A DNA stretch of 64,000 bases, taken from positions 3,040,001-3,104,000 of the forward strand of contig OZ240241.1 of NCBI GenBank assembly GCA_965198115.1, written 5' to 3'. Both the position numbers and the translations under genes were made by a program. The stretch comes from Candidatus Latescibacterota bacterium (GTDB lineage: Bacteria; Latescibacterota; UBA2968). Below are positions 9,132-19,295 of the stretch, piece by piece (within the stretch, counting starts at the first letter, position 1; each line of letters opens with the position of its first letter). Below the pieces are notes generated by a model. That model was not told where the DNA came from. It saw only the letters and a program-made list of their open reading frames with translations, and searched no databases.

Positions 9132-11063
9132 ATGGCCCTGGCAACCGACCCTCAAACAGACCCCACACCCGGGCGATCGTCCGTCAACGTCTTCTCGCTG
9201 ACGGTCGGGTCGCTTCTCTGCATCTTCGCGACCACATCTGGCACCTTCTCTCGCTACGTCTGGGAGTCGGGCGCACCCGATAACGTCCACCTGACCTACA
9301 CCGTCGTCGCCCCAGTCTTCGTCCTCGTGGTCCTTCTGGCCAGATGGTTGAAACGAAGTCGAGGCGATTGGCTCGTGATCTTCACCATGGCGATGATCGG
9401 GGCCACCATGCCGACCTACTTGATCGGTAGAGGCATGGCGTTTATGGCGATCCCGCACTACGCCGCGTCACCGGAAAACCAGTGGCGCACGTACTTCCTC
9501 GACCAACTGCCAACGTGGGCGATCGTCCAGCCTGGAAACGCGCTCACTTGGTACTACGAGGGTCTCCCACCGGGCGTCGACATTCCATGGTCTCACTGGG
9601 TCGAGCCCTTGTTCTGGTGGGGAACAGTCATCGCGGCGTTTTACGGCATGTGTCTGGCGGTCGTGGTCGTGTTTCGAAAACAGTGGGTCGAGCACGAGCG
9701 GATTCGCTATCCGCTCATGGAAACGGCACTTGCGATCTCCGATCGAGATGACCGCAGCCGGTGGCCCATGGCCATGATGGCGACCCCTGTATTCTGGGCC
9801 GGTTTCGGCGTGTCGTTTCTGATCATCGTCTGGAACGTGCTGGGCTGGTTCATTCCGAGCTTCACGCCGATCGAGTACATCATCGGCGAGATCAAATTCG
9901 GCCCTATTTTCCCGATGATTCCCTTTCGGATGCAGCCCGTCGTCATCGGAATCACCTACTTCGCAAACCAGAACATCGCGTTCAGCCTGTGGTTCTTCAA
10001 TCTGGTCTCGATCTTCTTCATCGGGTTCCTCAACAGCATCGGGGTTACGGCCAATCCGATCATGTTCTACGGAGCACACCATTTCGCCACCGGGGCGATA
10101 ATGCAGGGTGCACTCATCAGCCTCGTCAGCTTCGTGATCTGGAATGGGCGTCGTCATCTCGCACTCGTCTTCCGCAAAGCGATCCACGGCGACCCGTCGA
10201 TCGACGATTCGGACGAGATGATGTCGTATCGATCCGCACTCGTGGGCTTCGTGATCTGCTTCTCGTATCTCTGTGCTTTCCAGTACGCGGTCGGGATGTC
10301 CCTCGCCTACGTCGCGATCTTCATGTCGGGTATGCTGATCCTTTTCATTGGTATGACGCGCATCCTTATCGAGTCGGGCGTCGTCACGCTGCGTGCCCCT
10401 CAATCCCCACAGGATCTGAGCATCTTCACGCTGGGTACGCACGGTCTGACACAGGCCAACTTGATCGGGATTGCCATGACCGGCATCTGGGTCGGTGACT
10501 TGAAGACCACGATCATGCCGGCGCTGGCACACTCGACCAAACTCCACGAAAGTATCGACCACGGTAAGCGAAAGCTCCTCTGGTCGATCCTCGTCGCCAT
10601 GATCGTCGGTGTCCTCGCGACGTTCGTTTGCACGCTCTACGTCCGATACACCCACGGCGGTCTCGAAACGCAAGCCTTCAAAGCCGCGCCCTGGGAGTAC
10701 CTCATTGCACATTCGCGGCAGCGGTCCGGTCCGTTATGGCCGGCCATACAGATGACCTCGTTCGGGATCGTCGTCACGGCGGTGCTGATCCTTCTCCGTT
10801 ACCGATACCCTCTCCTGCCTTTTCATCCGGTCGGGTTCGCGGCCGGACCGGCCTACCCCGTCAATTACATCGTGAGCAGCATCTTCGTCACGTGGACGAT
10901 CAAAGTCGGGCTGCAGAAATTCGGCGGTGGAAAACGCATCGAGGCCGCCAAGCCCTTCTTCATCGGATTGATCCTCGGCCACTTCTTCGGCATGCTCATC
11001 GGCCTCGGCATCGACCGCATCTGGTTTCCGATTCAGGGTCACCGCATCCCGATCGCCCCGTGA
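9132..11063 (+). CDS. Polytopic membrane protein, DUF6785/DUF6784-type (putative transporter)
   Basis: About 16 hydrophobic segments. RKQWVEHERIRYPL, PFHPVGF and AKPFFIGLILG motifs, recalled for this family. Confidence 0.75.
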   Translation: MALATDPQTDPTPGRSSVNVFSLTVGSLLCIFATTSGTFSRYVWESGAPDNVHLTYTVVAPVFVLVVLLARWLKRSRGDWLVIFTMAMIGATMPTYLIGRGMAFMAIPHYAASPENQWRTYFLDQLPTWAIVQPGNALTWYYEGLPPGVDIPWSHWVEPLFWWGTVIAAFYGMCLAVVVVFRKQWVEHERIRYPLMETALAISDRDDRSRWPMAMMATPVFWAGFGVSFLIIVWNVLGWFIPSFTPIEYIIGEIKFGPIFPMIPFRMQPVVIGITYFANQNIAFSLWFFNLVSIFFIGFLNSIGVTANPIMFYGAHHFATGAIMQGALISLVSFVIWNGRRHLALVFRKAIHGDPSIDDSDEMMSYRSALVGFVICFSYLCAFQYAVGMSLAYVAIFMSGMLILFIGMTRILIESGVVTLRAPQSPQDLSIFTLGTHGLTQANLIGIAMTGIWVGDLKTTIMPALAHSTKLHESIDHGKRKLLWSILVAMIVGVLATFVCTLYVRYTHGGLETQAFKAAPWEYLIAHSRQRSGPLWPAIQMTSFGIVVTAVLILLRYRYPLLPFHPVGFAAGPAYPVNYIVSSIFVTWTIKVGLQKFGGGKRIEAAKPFFIGLILGHFFGMLIGLGIDRIWFPIQGHRIPIAP

Positions 11064-14000
11064 TGCGCACTCTCTTACGAACGTGTGTCTTTCTGCTCGG
11101 ATGTGCTCTCTTCACCGTGCTCCTCGCGGCTGACCCCGGGAGCCTGCTGGGCTGGCTCAGGGCCGGCAACGCCGTGACACAGGCGCGCTCGAACGGCCGA
11201 GAGTCGAGTCGCGTCCCTAGGGTGAAGGTCTCGAGAGCCCGGCTCCAGAAGACGATTCAAACGTTCGCGGCGCTCGGGTCGCGTGTTCCGGGCTACCCCG
11301 GTCACCGAACCGCCTACCTTAAGACGTGCGAAACCTTCGAATCCCTCGGATACGACGTTCAAGTCGACAGCTTCGACGTTGCAGTCCCGATCGACCACGG
11401 TGGCTCTTTGCGAGTCGTCGAGACCGGTGAGACGTATCCCATCCACGCCTTTTGGCCAAACCACGTTCAGCCACCGACGCTGCCCGAGGGCGGCGTCACG
11501 GGTCCGCTGGTCTACGGAGGCCGGGGAACGCTGGCCGAACTCGATGGACATTCTATCGAGGGCAGTGTCGTACTGCTCGACTTCGGTTGCGGCAAGAACT
11601 ACCTGCGTGTTCGGAGCCTGGGGGCCACCGCGCTCCTCTTCTACGACGACGGCAAGGTGACGCGGGCCGAAGCGGAAGACAAGATGTTGAACGTTCCCGC
11701 GGACGTCCCCCGATACTGGATTGGCCGGGATGCGGCATTGGCCTTGATCGAGTCTCCCTCCGTCGTACACGTCGACGCTCGAATGTCGTGGGAGGATGTC
11801 ACGGCGTGGAACATCATCGCACGCCCCCCAGACTCATCGTCGCAAACAACGTTGGTTCTCTCATCATTCTACGATGCAATCTCAGTTGTTCCCGCTCTGG
11901 CGCCAGGCGCCGAAAACGCCACAGGTCTGGCGGCGCTGTTCGAAATCGCGCGAGCTCTCGGCGCACGACAGACGCCCAACGAGATTATGTTCGTCGTGAA
12001 CGGAGCACACTTCCAGGCCCTGCGTGGAATCCGTGACTTCGTGTATCGTCACGCCCGCGGGAAATCTCGGGCGGGCTACGAGCCAACCGAGAATCCCGTC
12101 GACTTCGACTACTTTCTCGACGTCGATTTATCGAGTGAATCCCATCAGATTGCCGCCTTCCCGCACGGGACGTTCAATAATTCTAATTACGAGACCCGAC
12201 TCGAGGTAGTCGGCATGCTCGGCTACGTCTCAGGGCTGATGGCGTCCTACGCCGACAGCGTCTTCCCAGGGCAATCCCGACTGATCGACGCGGTGAATCT
12301 CGGAAGGAGAGACTGGAAGGATTACATGGCCAGCGACCTCGGTCTGGACTCTGAGGTCGTCATGCTCGTCGGCCGGAAGGGCATTGGACTCGCAACGGCG
12401 TGGGCCTCTCGAAGACGTGTCGACACACCCGCGGACCTGCCGGACCAGGTGAACCTAAACAACCTCCTCGCCCAGACGGAAGCCCTTGCAGAGGCCATCG
12501 TCATGGCTTTGATCGATCTGAGAGTCGGGGAGGGTCCCGACATTGCCATCACCGACCACGGTCGCTCGATCTCCGGTCAGATTCTGCGCTACGACCGCGA
12601 AGTCGACTTCGCACTCCCCCGCGTTCCCGTGTCAGGTGCGCTGATGACCTACTTCCCCAGGGGGATCGAAGACCCCCGATCGGGTGTTCGTGTCCTCGTC
12701 ACGGACCTAGCGACGGCAGGCCCGACCTACGAACTGAGACACGGCAGCGGACCCGGATTCGGAACCAGGGAAGAAGTGGATCGTGTAGGCCGTTTCAGAT
12801 TCGATATCAGCTATAATCAGTTCTTCAGCAACGCTACAAAACTCAGACTCATGGCCTACGATGTGGATGCGCGAGGTCAGATTACCTACGCTCCCGATTT
12901 TGGGTCGGAAAGCGACTTCCCCACGTGGGCGAACCACAAGAGTCCGTCGAATGAAGTCACGACGGTGCTATTTCCCGCCCGTTCACAGACCCTCATCGAG
13001 ACGATCGACCCCACTTATCTGAACCAGCTCAGTAACACGAAACTCTTGACGGAAGGGGATACGCCCCCCTACGAGTTCGCCTACTTTCCGATCACCAATA
13101 CGGACGATCACGGATCGGGCGAGAGCAGCGTGACCGTGACTTTCGCGCCCTGGAATGAAAAGCGAAACCGGGCACCCGCGCTCAAGGTCCTCATGAGCTC
13201 CGACTTTTTCGGACAGAAACTCCTTCTGCTCAACGCACCGGAGCGACTCCTCGATGAAAAGGTCGGTGTCTGGGAGATCGACGAAAAACTCGAGGCAGAA
13301 TCGCGCGGCAGCGGCTATGAGGCTGGCCTGATCGTTCGGCCATCCTACCAAGCCGCCCGCGACACGTGGATCCTCGACGAGATCCGACTCAAGCGGCTCA
13401 AACAGTACGGCGTCATCAACAATAGAGTCGATCATCTGCACGAAGAGGCCCGAGACGCTCTGCTGAATGCACGAGATCATCTCGCGAACTATAACTACTC
13501 GCGGTTTTTCGCTGAGACACGCCGGGCGTGGAGCCTGGAGGCCCGGGCCTATCCGGAAGTGATGGGCACTGCGACCGACACAGTCCGGGGCGTCATCTTT
13601 TACTTCATCCTGCTGCTTCCCTGTTCGCTTTTCTTCGAGCGCCTTCTCATCGGCGCCACGTCTACGAAGGGCAGACTGCTCGGCTTCGCGGGCTTCTTCT
13701 TCGCCTTCTTCCTGGCACTCCGGTTCATCCATCCGGCGTTCAAACTCACCAATTCACCCTACATCGTCTTCCTCGCCTTCGTTCTGTTCGCGCTTGGCGT
13801 TGGCGCCGCCATCATCATCCTGTCCAAGTTCGGCAAGGAGACGGTCAGACTGCGCCAGGAGGAGACCGGTGTCATCGAGGACGACGTCGGACGGCTCAGC
13901 GTCACGTGGACGGCAATCACACTGGGCGTGTCGAATCTCCGAAAGCGCCCCCTGCGCACGGCGCTGACCATCACCACACTCACTCTTCTCACCTTTACGT

Positions 14001-15691
14001 CCCTGTCGCTGACATCGGTGCAAACGTCCATCAGCTACTTCAGGCTCCCCATCGACAACAAGCCGGAATACGACGGGATGCTCATTCGCGATCGAGCCTG
14101 GCTTCAGCTCGATGAGCCGGTTTACGACTATCTATCGAGCGAATTCGCCGACCGAGCGACGATCGCACCGCGAGTGTGGCTGACCACCCGGGTCCTGGGG
14201 AAGTTGGCCTTCCACGACTTCCCCACATTCGTCGATGGGATTCAGACCGAGCAAAGCAGCTATGTTCACGGTCTTCTCGGACTCAGCGTCCTCGAGCCCA
14301 AGATCACGGGTATCGATCGGTTTCTCGTGGCAGGTGCCTGGTTCGATGACGATCGCGAAGCGTCGTGTATCCTGCCCGGTGACCTTGCGGACATCGTGGG
14401 TATCGACTATCGCCATCTCGGTCGTGCGGAAATCCAGCTGATGGGCAGGAGACTCAAGATCGTAGGGATTGTCGATTCTGACAGCCTGAACGCCTTCAGG
14501 GACCTGGATGGAGAGCGAATGACGCCGCTGCGAATGGACTTCGAGCGTGCGGAGAACGCAACCGACCAAATGCACGACCCGCGGGGCGAAGCGTCGAACG
14601 AGATCGAGCACGCCGCCCACTTTGAAGTGACCAACACGCTCATCGTACCGATCGGGCTCGCGAAGGAACTGGGAGGCGAAATCTACAGCGTGGCGGTGGG
14701 ACGTTTTAATGCGCCGGAAGGGGACGTGGTCGACCTCCGAAAGGAAGCGGAATCGTTCCTCAAGCGGGTCTCGATCACGGCTTTTCTGGGAGAGGGCGAT
14801 CGTGTCGTGGCTTACAGCTCGATGGGCACGATCGGCCTGTCGGGCATTGGCAATCTCTTCCTACCGATCCTTCTGGCGGCGCTGATCGTCCTCAACACGA
14901 TGCTCGGCGCGGTCTACGAACGAACCCGGGAGATCGCCGTCTACACCTCCGTTGGCCTCGCGCCCAACCACGTTGGAGCCCTCTTCATAGCGGAAGCCTC
15001 GGTCTACGCGACCGTGGCGGCCGTACTCGGCTACCTCATCGGACAGGCCGCAGTCGTTGCCCTCACGGCAACGGAGATCGGTCTGGGCGGACTCGAAGTA
15101 AACTACTCTTCACTGGCGGTCGTGTGGGTCACACTCGTCGTGATGAGCACGACCTTCGCGTCGACGATCTATCCGGCCCGGCAGGCATCCAACCTCGCCG
15201 TACCCGACGTGACTCGTCAGTGGGATCTCCCTGACCCGGATGGCGATCGACTGACCTTCCCGTTTCCTTTCACCGTAGGACGAGACGATGTGCTCAGCCT
15301 GACGACCTATCTCGTACGGATCTTCGAGTCCTACGAGGAAGGAACCGCGACGGCTTTCGAGGTCGCCCGCCTCGATTTTCGCGAACGATCACACGCCGAC
15401 AACGATCCCAGCTACTCAGTCGGCCTCACCGCTTGGCTCCCACCCTACGATTTCGGAATCAGCCAGGACGTGGAGATGCGCATCGTTCCGTCAGAGGATG
15501 GTCATCACCTCTACAACATCGATGTCCAGATCGATCGCCTGAGTGGCGACCACGGACTGTGGCTTCACGCGAACCGGGCTTTTCTCAACGCCGTTCGTAA
15601 ACAGTTCCTCGTCTGGCGAACCGCCTCGACGGAAGAGAAAGCACGGTATTCCCGCGAAGGCCGAGAGATGCTGGACGTCCAGCCCGCCTGA
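11063..15691 (+). CDS. 1542-aa membrane protein: degenerate M28 peptidase-like ectodomain fused to FtsX/MacB-like permease
   Basis: TGATG overlap with the upstream stop. SFYDAISVVPALAPGAENATG (M28-like), NLRKRPLRTALT and NTMLGAVYERTREIAVYTSVG (FtsX). Confidence 0.8.
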   Translation: MRTLLRTCVFLLGCALFTVLLAADPGSLLGWLRAGNAVTQARSNGRESSRVPRVKVSRARLQKTIQTFAALGSRVPGYPGHRTAYLKTCETFESLGYDVQVDSFDVAVPIDHGGSLRVVETGETYPIHAFWPNHVQPPTLPEGGVTGPLVYGGRGTLAELDGHSIEGSVVLLDFGCGKNYLRVRSLGATALLFYDDGKVTRAEAEDKMLNVPADVPRYWIGRDAALALIESPSVVHVDARMSWEDVTAWNIIARPPDSSSQTTLVLSSFYDAISVVPALAPGAENATGLAALFEIARALGARQTPNEIMFVVNGAHFQALRGIRDFVYRHARGKSRAGYEPTENPVDFDYFLDVDLSSESHQIAAFPHGTFNNSNYETRLEVVGMLGYVSGLMASYADSVFPGQSRLIDAVNLGRRDWKDYMASDLGLDSEVVMLVGRKGIGLATAWASRRRVDTPADLPDQVNLNNLLAQTEALAEAIVMALIDLRVGEGPDIAITDHGRSISGQILRYDREVDFALPRVPVSGALMTYFPRGIEDPRSGVRVLVTDLATAGPTYELRHGSGPGFGTREEVDRVGRFRFDISYNQFFSNATKLRLMAYDVDARGQITYAPDFGSESDFPTWANHKSPSNEVTTVLFPARSQTLIETIDPTYLNQLSNTKLLTEGDTPPYEFAYFPITNTDDHGSGESSVTVTFAPWNEKRNRAPALKVLMSSDFFGQKLLLLNAPERLLDEKVGVWEIDEKLEAESRGSGYEAGLIVRPSYQAARDTWILDEIRLKRLKQYGVINNRVDHLHEEARDALLNARDHLANYNYSRFFAETRRAWSLEARAYPEVMGTATDTVRGVIFYFILLLPCSLFFERLLIGATSTKGRLLGFAGFFFAFFLALRFIHPAFKLTNSPYIVFLAFVLFALGVGAAIIILSKFGKETVRLRQEETGVIEDDVGRLSVTWTAITLGVSNLRKRPLRTALTITTLTLLTFTSLSLTSVQTSISYFRLPIDNKPEYDGMLIRDRAWLQLDEPVYDYLSSEFADRATIAPRVWLTTRVLGKLAFHDFPTFVDGIQTEQSSYVHGLLGLSVLEPKITGIDRFLVAGAWFDDDREASCILPGDLADIVGIDYRHLGRAEIQLMGRRLKIVGIVDSDSLNAFRDLDGERMTPLRMDFERAENATDQMHDPRGEASNEIEHAAHFEVTNTLIVPIGLAKELGGEIYSVAVGRFNAPEGDVVDLRKEAESFLKRVSITAFLGEGDRVVAYSSMGTIGLSGIGNLFLPILLAALIVLNTMLGAVYERTREIAVYTSVGLAPNHVGALFIAEASVYATVAAVLGYLIGQAAVVALTATEIGLGGLEVNYSSLAVVWVTLVVMSTTFASTIYPARQASNLAVPDVTRQWDLPDPDGDRLTFPFPFTVGRDDVLSLTTYLVRIFESYEEGTATAFEVARLDFRERSHADNDPSYSVGLTAWLPPYDFGISQDVEMRIVPSEDGHHLYNIDVQIDRLSGDHGLWLHANRAFLNAVRKQFLVWRTASTEEKARYSREGREMLDVQPA

Positions 15692-15713
15692 CTCGCCCAC
15701 TGCCTGAATGGCT

Positions 15714-15741
15714 GCAAAAGTGGCCCCGGGGCCACTTTTGC
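15714..15741. terminator. Perfect 28-bp palindrome between convergent genes (probable bidirectional terminator)
   Basis: GCAAAAGTGGCCCC|GGGGCCACTTTTGC. Confidence 0.65.
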
Positions 15742-15777
15742 TGCACACACTCACCGCACGGCCCCCCACAAATCGGT

Positions 15778-17259
15778 TCACACCGGCAGCCCAATCTCGT
15801 CCCCTACTTCCTTCTGCCAGGTTCGTAGGCGGGCTTTCAGATCCTTCACTCTCCCGCTTTCTTCCGGATCGTCATAGCGGTTGACCATCTCGACCGGGTC
15901 ATCGTTCAGGTCGTAGAGCTCGCACCTGTCGTGATTGCTCAGATTCAGCTTCCACCGATCGGCTGACACGATCGTCCGCCACGGCGTCGACATAGCAGGA
16001 TTGACGTTCGCCTCCCCCGGAATCGGATGCCCGTTGTTGCCGTTCCACTCGACGAACACATCGTTGTCATCGAGTGTCGCTTCGCCCGTCATCACAGGAA
16101 GGCGACTTCGGCCCTGCAAGTGGTCGGGTAACGGTTGGTCGAGCAAGTCCAAACTCGTTGGAAGCAGATCGATGTGACTGAAGTTTCCGGGGATGTTGGC
16201 TTGCTCCCGCTCCTTTCCAGGCATCCGTATCATCAACGGTACCCGGATCGATTCCTCATACATCACGCACTTTCCGAGGATGCCGTGGTCACCGACCATC
16301 TCGCCGTGGTCACTCGTGAAAACCACGATCGTGTCATCCGCTCGCCCGCTCTCATCCAGCGCCTTCAGGATCTTGCCCACGGAGCGATCCACGAGTGAGA
16401 CGTTCCCCCAATACCGTGCGCGAACGGCGCGCCAGCCCTCCTCCGTCCTCAGGTCGAACCCATACTCATCCGACTCCATGTAATACGAGGCCATCACGCG
16501 ATTGAGCAATGACGCGTTCGGCTCGGGCTTCTGACGGAATGACGGGCCGACGGGCAGCCCCGCCGGATCGTATAAATCGTTCAGCGGCCCGGTATGTGGA
16601 GGGTGGGGCTCGAGATAGCTGACGAACGCGACAAAGGGATCGTCTCCTGCGCTGCGAATGAAATCAGCCGTCTGGTCACCGAGAAACGACGCCTTGGTCA
16701 GGTCTTCCTCGAGACTCGCTTCAAAATGTCTCGAGAAGATCCGTTGCCCGAGCATCTCCCGATCGGGTTCGAGCCCACGATCGATCAGAAAATGATGATA
16801 ATCGCTCAGCTGGCCGAGACGATCGTCGCTCGAATAGAATCGACGATAGGAATCTTCCGTACCGACCCACTGGCCAAAGCCGCGCTGGGCGAAGATTTCG
16901 TCGCCGAGGTGCCACTTGCCCAGCCACGCGCACGTGTACTCGTCATCCACGAGTTCAGCGATCGTGGGGACATCGGAAGGAAGCGGGATATTGCAGGAGG
17001 GCACGCGAGCGCGGTGGGGATAGGTACCGGTGAGCAGGGTCGCTCGCGATGGACTACAAACCGGCTGTGAAACATAGGCGTTGTCGAACACGAAACTCTC
17101 TTCCGCCAGCCGATTCAGGTGCGGTACTTCGACGTAGTCATTTCCGTAGCACGCCATCGAATCGGCACGCTGCTGATCGGTCAGGATGAAGAGAAGATTA
17201 GGGCGGGACAAGGAAGAATCCAGGAAGGCGTGTGATCTTAAGGAGCTCCGATTGATCAC
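15778..17259 (-). CDS. Cys-type sulfatase
   Basis: PNLLFILTDQQR, CSPSRATLLTG, GKWHLG and TSDHG motifs. Real start probably TTG at 17211. Confidence 0.92.
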   Translation of the reverse strand: MINRSSLRSHAFLDSSLSRPNLLFILTDQQRADSMACYGNDYVEVPHLNRLAEESFVFDNAYVSQPVCSPSRATLLTGTYPHRARVPSCNIPLPSDVPTIAELVDDEYTCAWLGKWHLGDEIFAQRGFGQWVGTEDSYRRFYSSDDRLGQLSDYHHFLIDRGLEPDREMLGQRIFSRHFEASLEEDLTKASFLGDQTADFIRSAGDDPFVAFVSYLEPHPPHTGPLNDLYDPAGLPVGPSFRQKPEPNASLLNRVMASYYMESDEYGFDLRTEEGWRAVRARYWGNVSLVDRSVGKILKALDESGRADDTIVVFTSDHGEMVGDHGILGKCVMYEESIRVPLMIRMPGKEREQANIPGNFSHIDLLPTSLDLLDQPLPDHLQGRSRLPVMTGEATLDDNDVFVEWNGNNGHPIPGEANVNPAMSTPWRTIVSADRWKLNLSNHDRCELYDLNDDPVEMVNRYDDPEESGRVKDLKARLRTWQKEVGDEIGLPV

Positions 17260-17262
17260 CGT

Positions 17263-17495
17263 TCATCCTGAGTGACCTCAGCGCAAAACCAGTTGCTGCA
17301 GAGCCTAGGGGACATTTGAGGCAGGTCGTATCGTAGGACGAACGGTGGCAATGACAGTATTACGTGACCGATCGCCCCTTCGACTCCGCTCAGGGCTGGC
17401 TCTTCGATATGGCGCACACACTTGCCTCACAGTCTTAGCAGCGTTGCGTCGCGAGTCGCCTACCCTTCGACGAGCTCAGGACAGGCTCAGGATGA
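17263..17495. repeat. REPIN/MITE-like palindromic element (family A), copy 1
   Basis: Terminal IR TCATCCTGAG/CTCAGGATGA. Shares blocks (TCATCCTGAGTGACCT, CAGGTCGTATCG, CTTCGATATGG) with the reverse complement of 26592-26801. Confidence 0.7.
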
Positions 17496-17542
17496 TCGGT
17501 CTGCTCATTGATTCCAACATCGGCGCGTAGCTGCGATTGACG

Positions 17543-18466
17543 TCAGTCGAGATATCTGCGAGGAAATTTCGCCACCATCGTGAATTTGGGGTCGACCATG
17601 TTGCCGAGCCGCATCTGACCGACCTGGCCGAGCAGGTGATAGGCTCGCAGACGATCGAACCCGTAATCGGCAGCCAGCCATTCGATCAGTTCCACCCACG
17701 CGATGCGTGCAGCCGCATCCAGCGGACGTCCACTGCCCGCCACCATCAGAAAGTCGTCACTCAAGATGCGCGGCCACTGAATCTCGTATCCCTTCTTCAG
17801 TCCAAACGTGACCGTAACCTTCGCTGGAATCTCGAGCGCGACGCCCGTCAGTTCGCCATCACCCTGACTCGCGTGGGCATCTCCCGTGAAAAAGTGTGCA
17901 CCCTCCACGAACACGGGAAACCAGACCTCGTTCCCGGGGCGAGTTTCGACGCAGTCCATGTTGCCGCCGTAGTAATCGGGCGTCAGGGCATTCACCGCCT
18001 CGATCTTCGGCGCGACGCCCATCGTACCCATGAACGGCTCGTAAGGAATTGTGCGCTTCTCATCGAACCGAATGCCACTCTCGTCGATCGGAAGAAACAG
18101 CCATTGCTCTTCCAGCGCTTCCTGCAGCATCGGGTCGGGCTTCGTCGACGTGAGACCGCCGAAGTAAGGTATCAGCCCCGTCACGGCGTGATCACGCGTC
18201 GGCTCGATCGAATCGATTCTGACGACCAGCGTGTCACCCGGCTCGGCCCCTTCCACATAGATCGGACCTGTCTGGGGATTCAGAAATGGGTAGGTGCAAA
18301 CGTCCGCGAAACGTTCCACCTCGGGCGTCATCTTGTTCTCAAACGCGTCTACCGTGTGGATGCAGACCGTCTCACCAACGTCGACCCTCGTGATCGGAGG
18401 ATGAAAGGGTGAGTAGGTGTAGCAGTAAGGGCCGTCCTGATGAATTTGTCGAATGTCCGATCCCAA
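17543..18466 (-). CDS. Acetamidase/formamidase family protein
   Basis: NPQTGPIYVEGAEPGD, GGNMD and GDAHASQGDGE motifs. Confidence 0.92.
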   Translation of the reverse strand: MGSDIRQIHQDGPYCYTYSPFHPPITRVDVGETVCIHTVDAFENKMTPEVERFADVCTYPFLNPQTGPIYVEGAEPGDTLVVRIDSIEPTRDHAVTGLIPYFGGLTSTKPDPMLQEALEEQWLFLPIDESGIRFDEKRTIPYEPFMGTMGVAPKIEAVNALTPDYYGGNMDCVETRPGNEVWFPVFVEGAHFFTGDAHASQGDGELTGVALEIPAKVTVTFGLKKGYEIQWPRILSDDFLMVAGSGRPLDAAARIAWVELIEWLAADYGFDRLRAYHLLGQVGQMRLGNMVDPKFTMVAKFPRRYLD

Positions 18467-18479
18467 GACGATCCTCCGT

Positions 18480-19252
18480 CTAGTCTCTCACCTGACCGCA
18501 CGCACTGACAAGTTCAGCGGAAGAGACCGTGTAGCCGATGTTGAGTTCTGTATCGCGAACGGCATTCCTCGTGATGTCCATCGTACCCAGAGTATCTTCT
18601 GTTTCGATGGCGGTCGTACAGTCCCTCACCAGGATGATTTCATAGCCCCGGTCCTTCATCGCCCGCATCCCATAGCTCTTGAAGGGCACGCAGATGTTGG
18701 CCGCAAAACCGACGTAGAACAGGTAGAGGATACCTCTTTGATGAAGCAAGTCGTGAAGGTCGTCTCCCGTTTCCACGACCACGTCGTCACCTTCTGGCTC
18801 CACTTCCGGGATGATGCACCGATCCTTCGAGATCTGGGCGACGGCCTCACGCCCGGACTCGACCGATGGGGCGAGACCCTCGTAAACGCCTCTCTTTTCT
18901 CAAATCTGCAGGCGGCCAATCCACTCTCGGTTCTTCAGCGACCTCTCCACACCCAACGGTATGCAGCCGATCTGGATACTTGGGTGCTGCATCCGATCCA
19001 GGTGCGTGGATCACTGAGGCTCCGACACTCCGAAAGACCTCCATCAATGGTCGGATGTTTCCGAGTGTGATCTCGCGCCCACGATCAAGGTGCGTAGCGA
19101 TGTGGTGGTCGCTCCAGACATCGACCAGCACCAATGCCATCTCCTCACGCCGTAGACGCCGCGGCAATGTCCGATGGCAGATGGCAGATGTCCGCTTCAC
19201 TGATGCCCACGACACGCGGCCTGTGGTAGTACCGAATCCGAAGATCAATCAA
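18480..19252 (-). pseudogene. Isochorismatase-like cysteine hydrolase, frameshifted (possibly sequencing error)
   Basis: ALVLVDVW...VIHAP in ORF 18847-19248 and YVGFAANICV...VRDCT in ORF 18480-18803. Confidence 0.7.
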
Positions 19253-19295
19253 TTTCTAAATTTCCTATTTCCCTAATTTCCTAATGGCTTGCCGT

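Noticed and set aside
10628-11062. N-terminal extension of the 1687-aa ORF
   Set aside because: It overlaps the upstream gene out of frame. The TGATG coupling and a signal-like N-terminus point to a start at 11063.
17263-17495. CRISPR array
   Set aside because: The repeats are dispersed and palindromic without regular spacers, and no cas genes are in the window.
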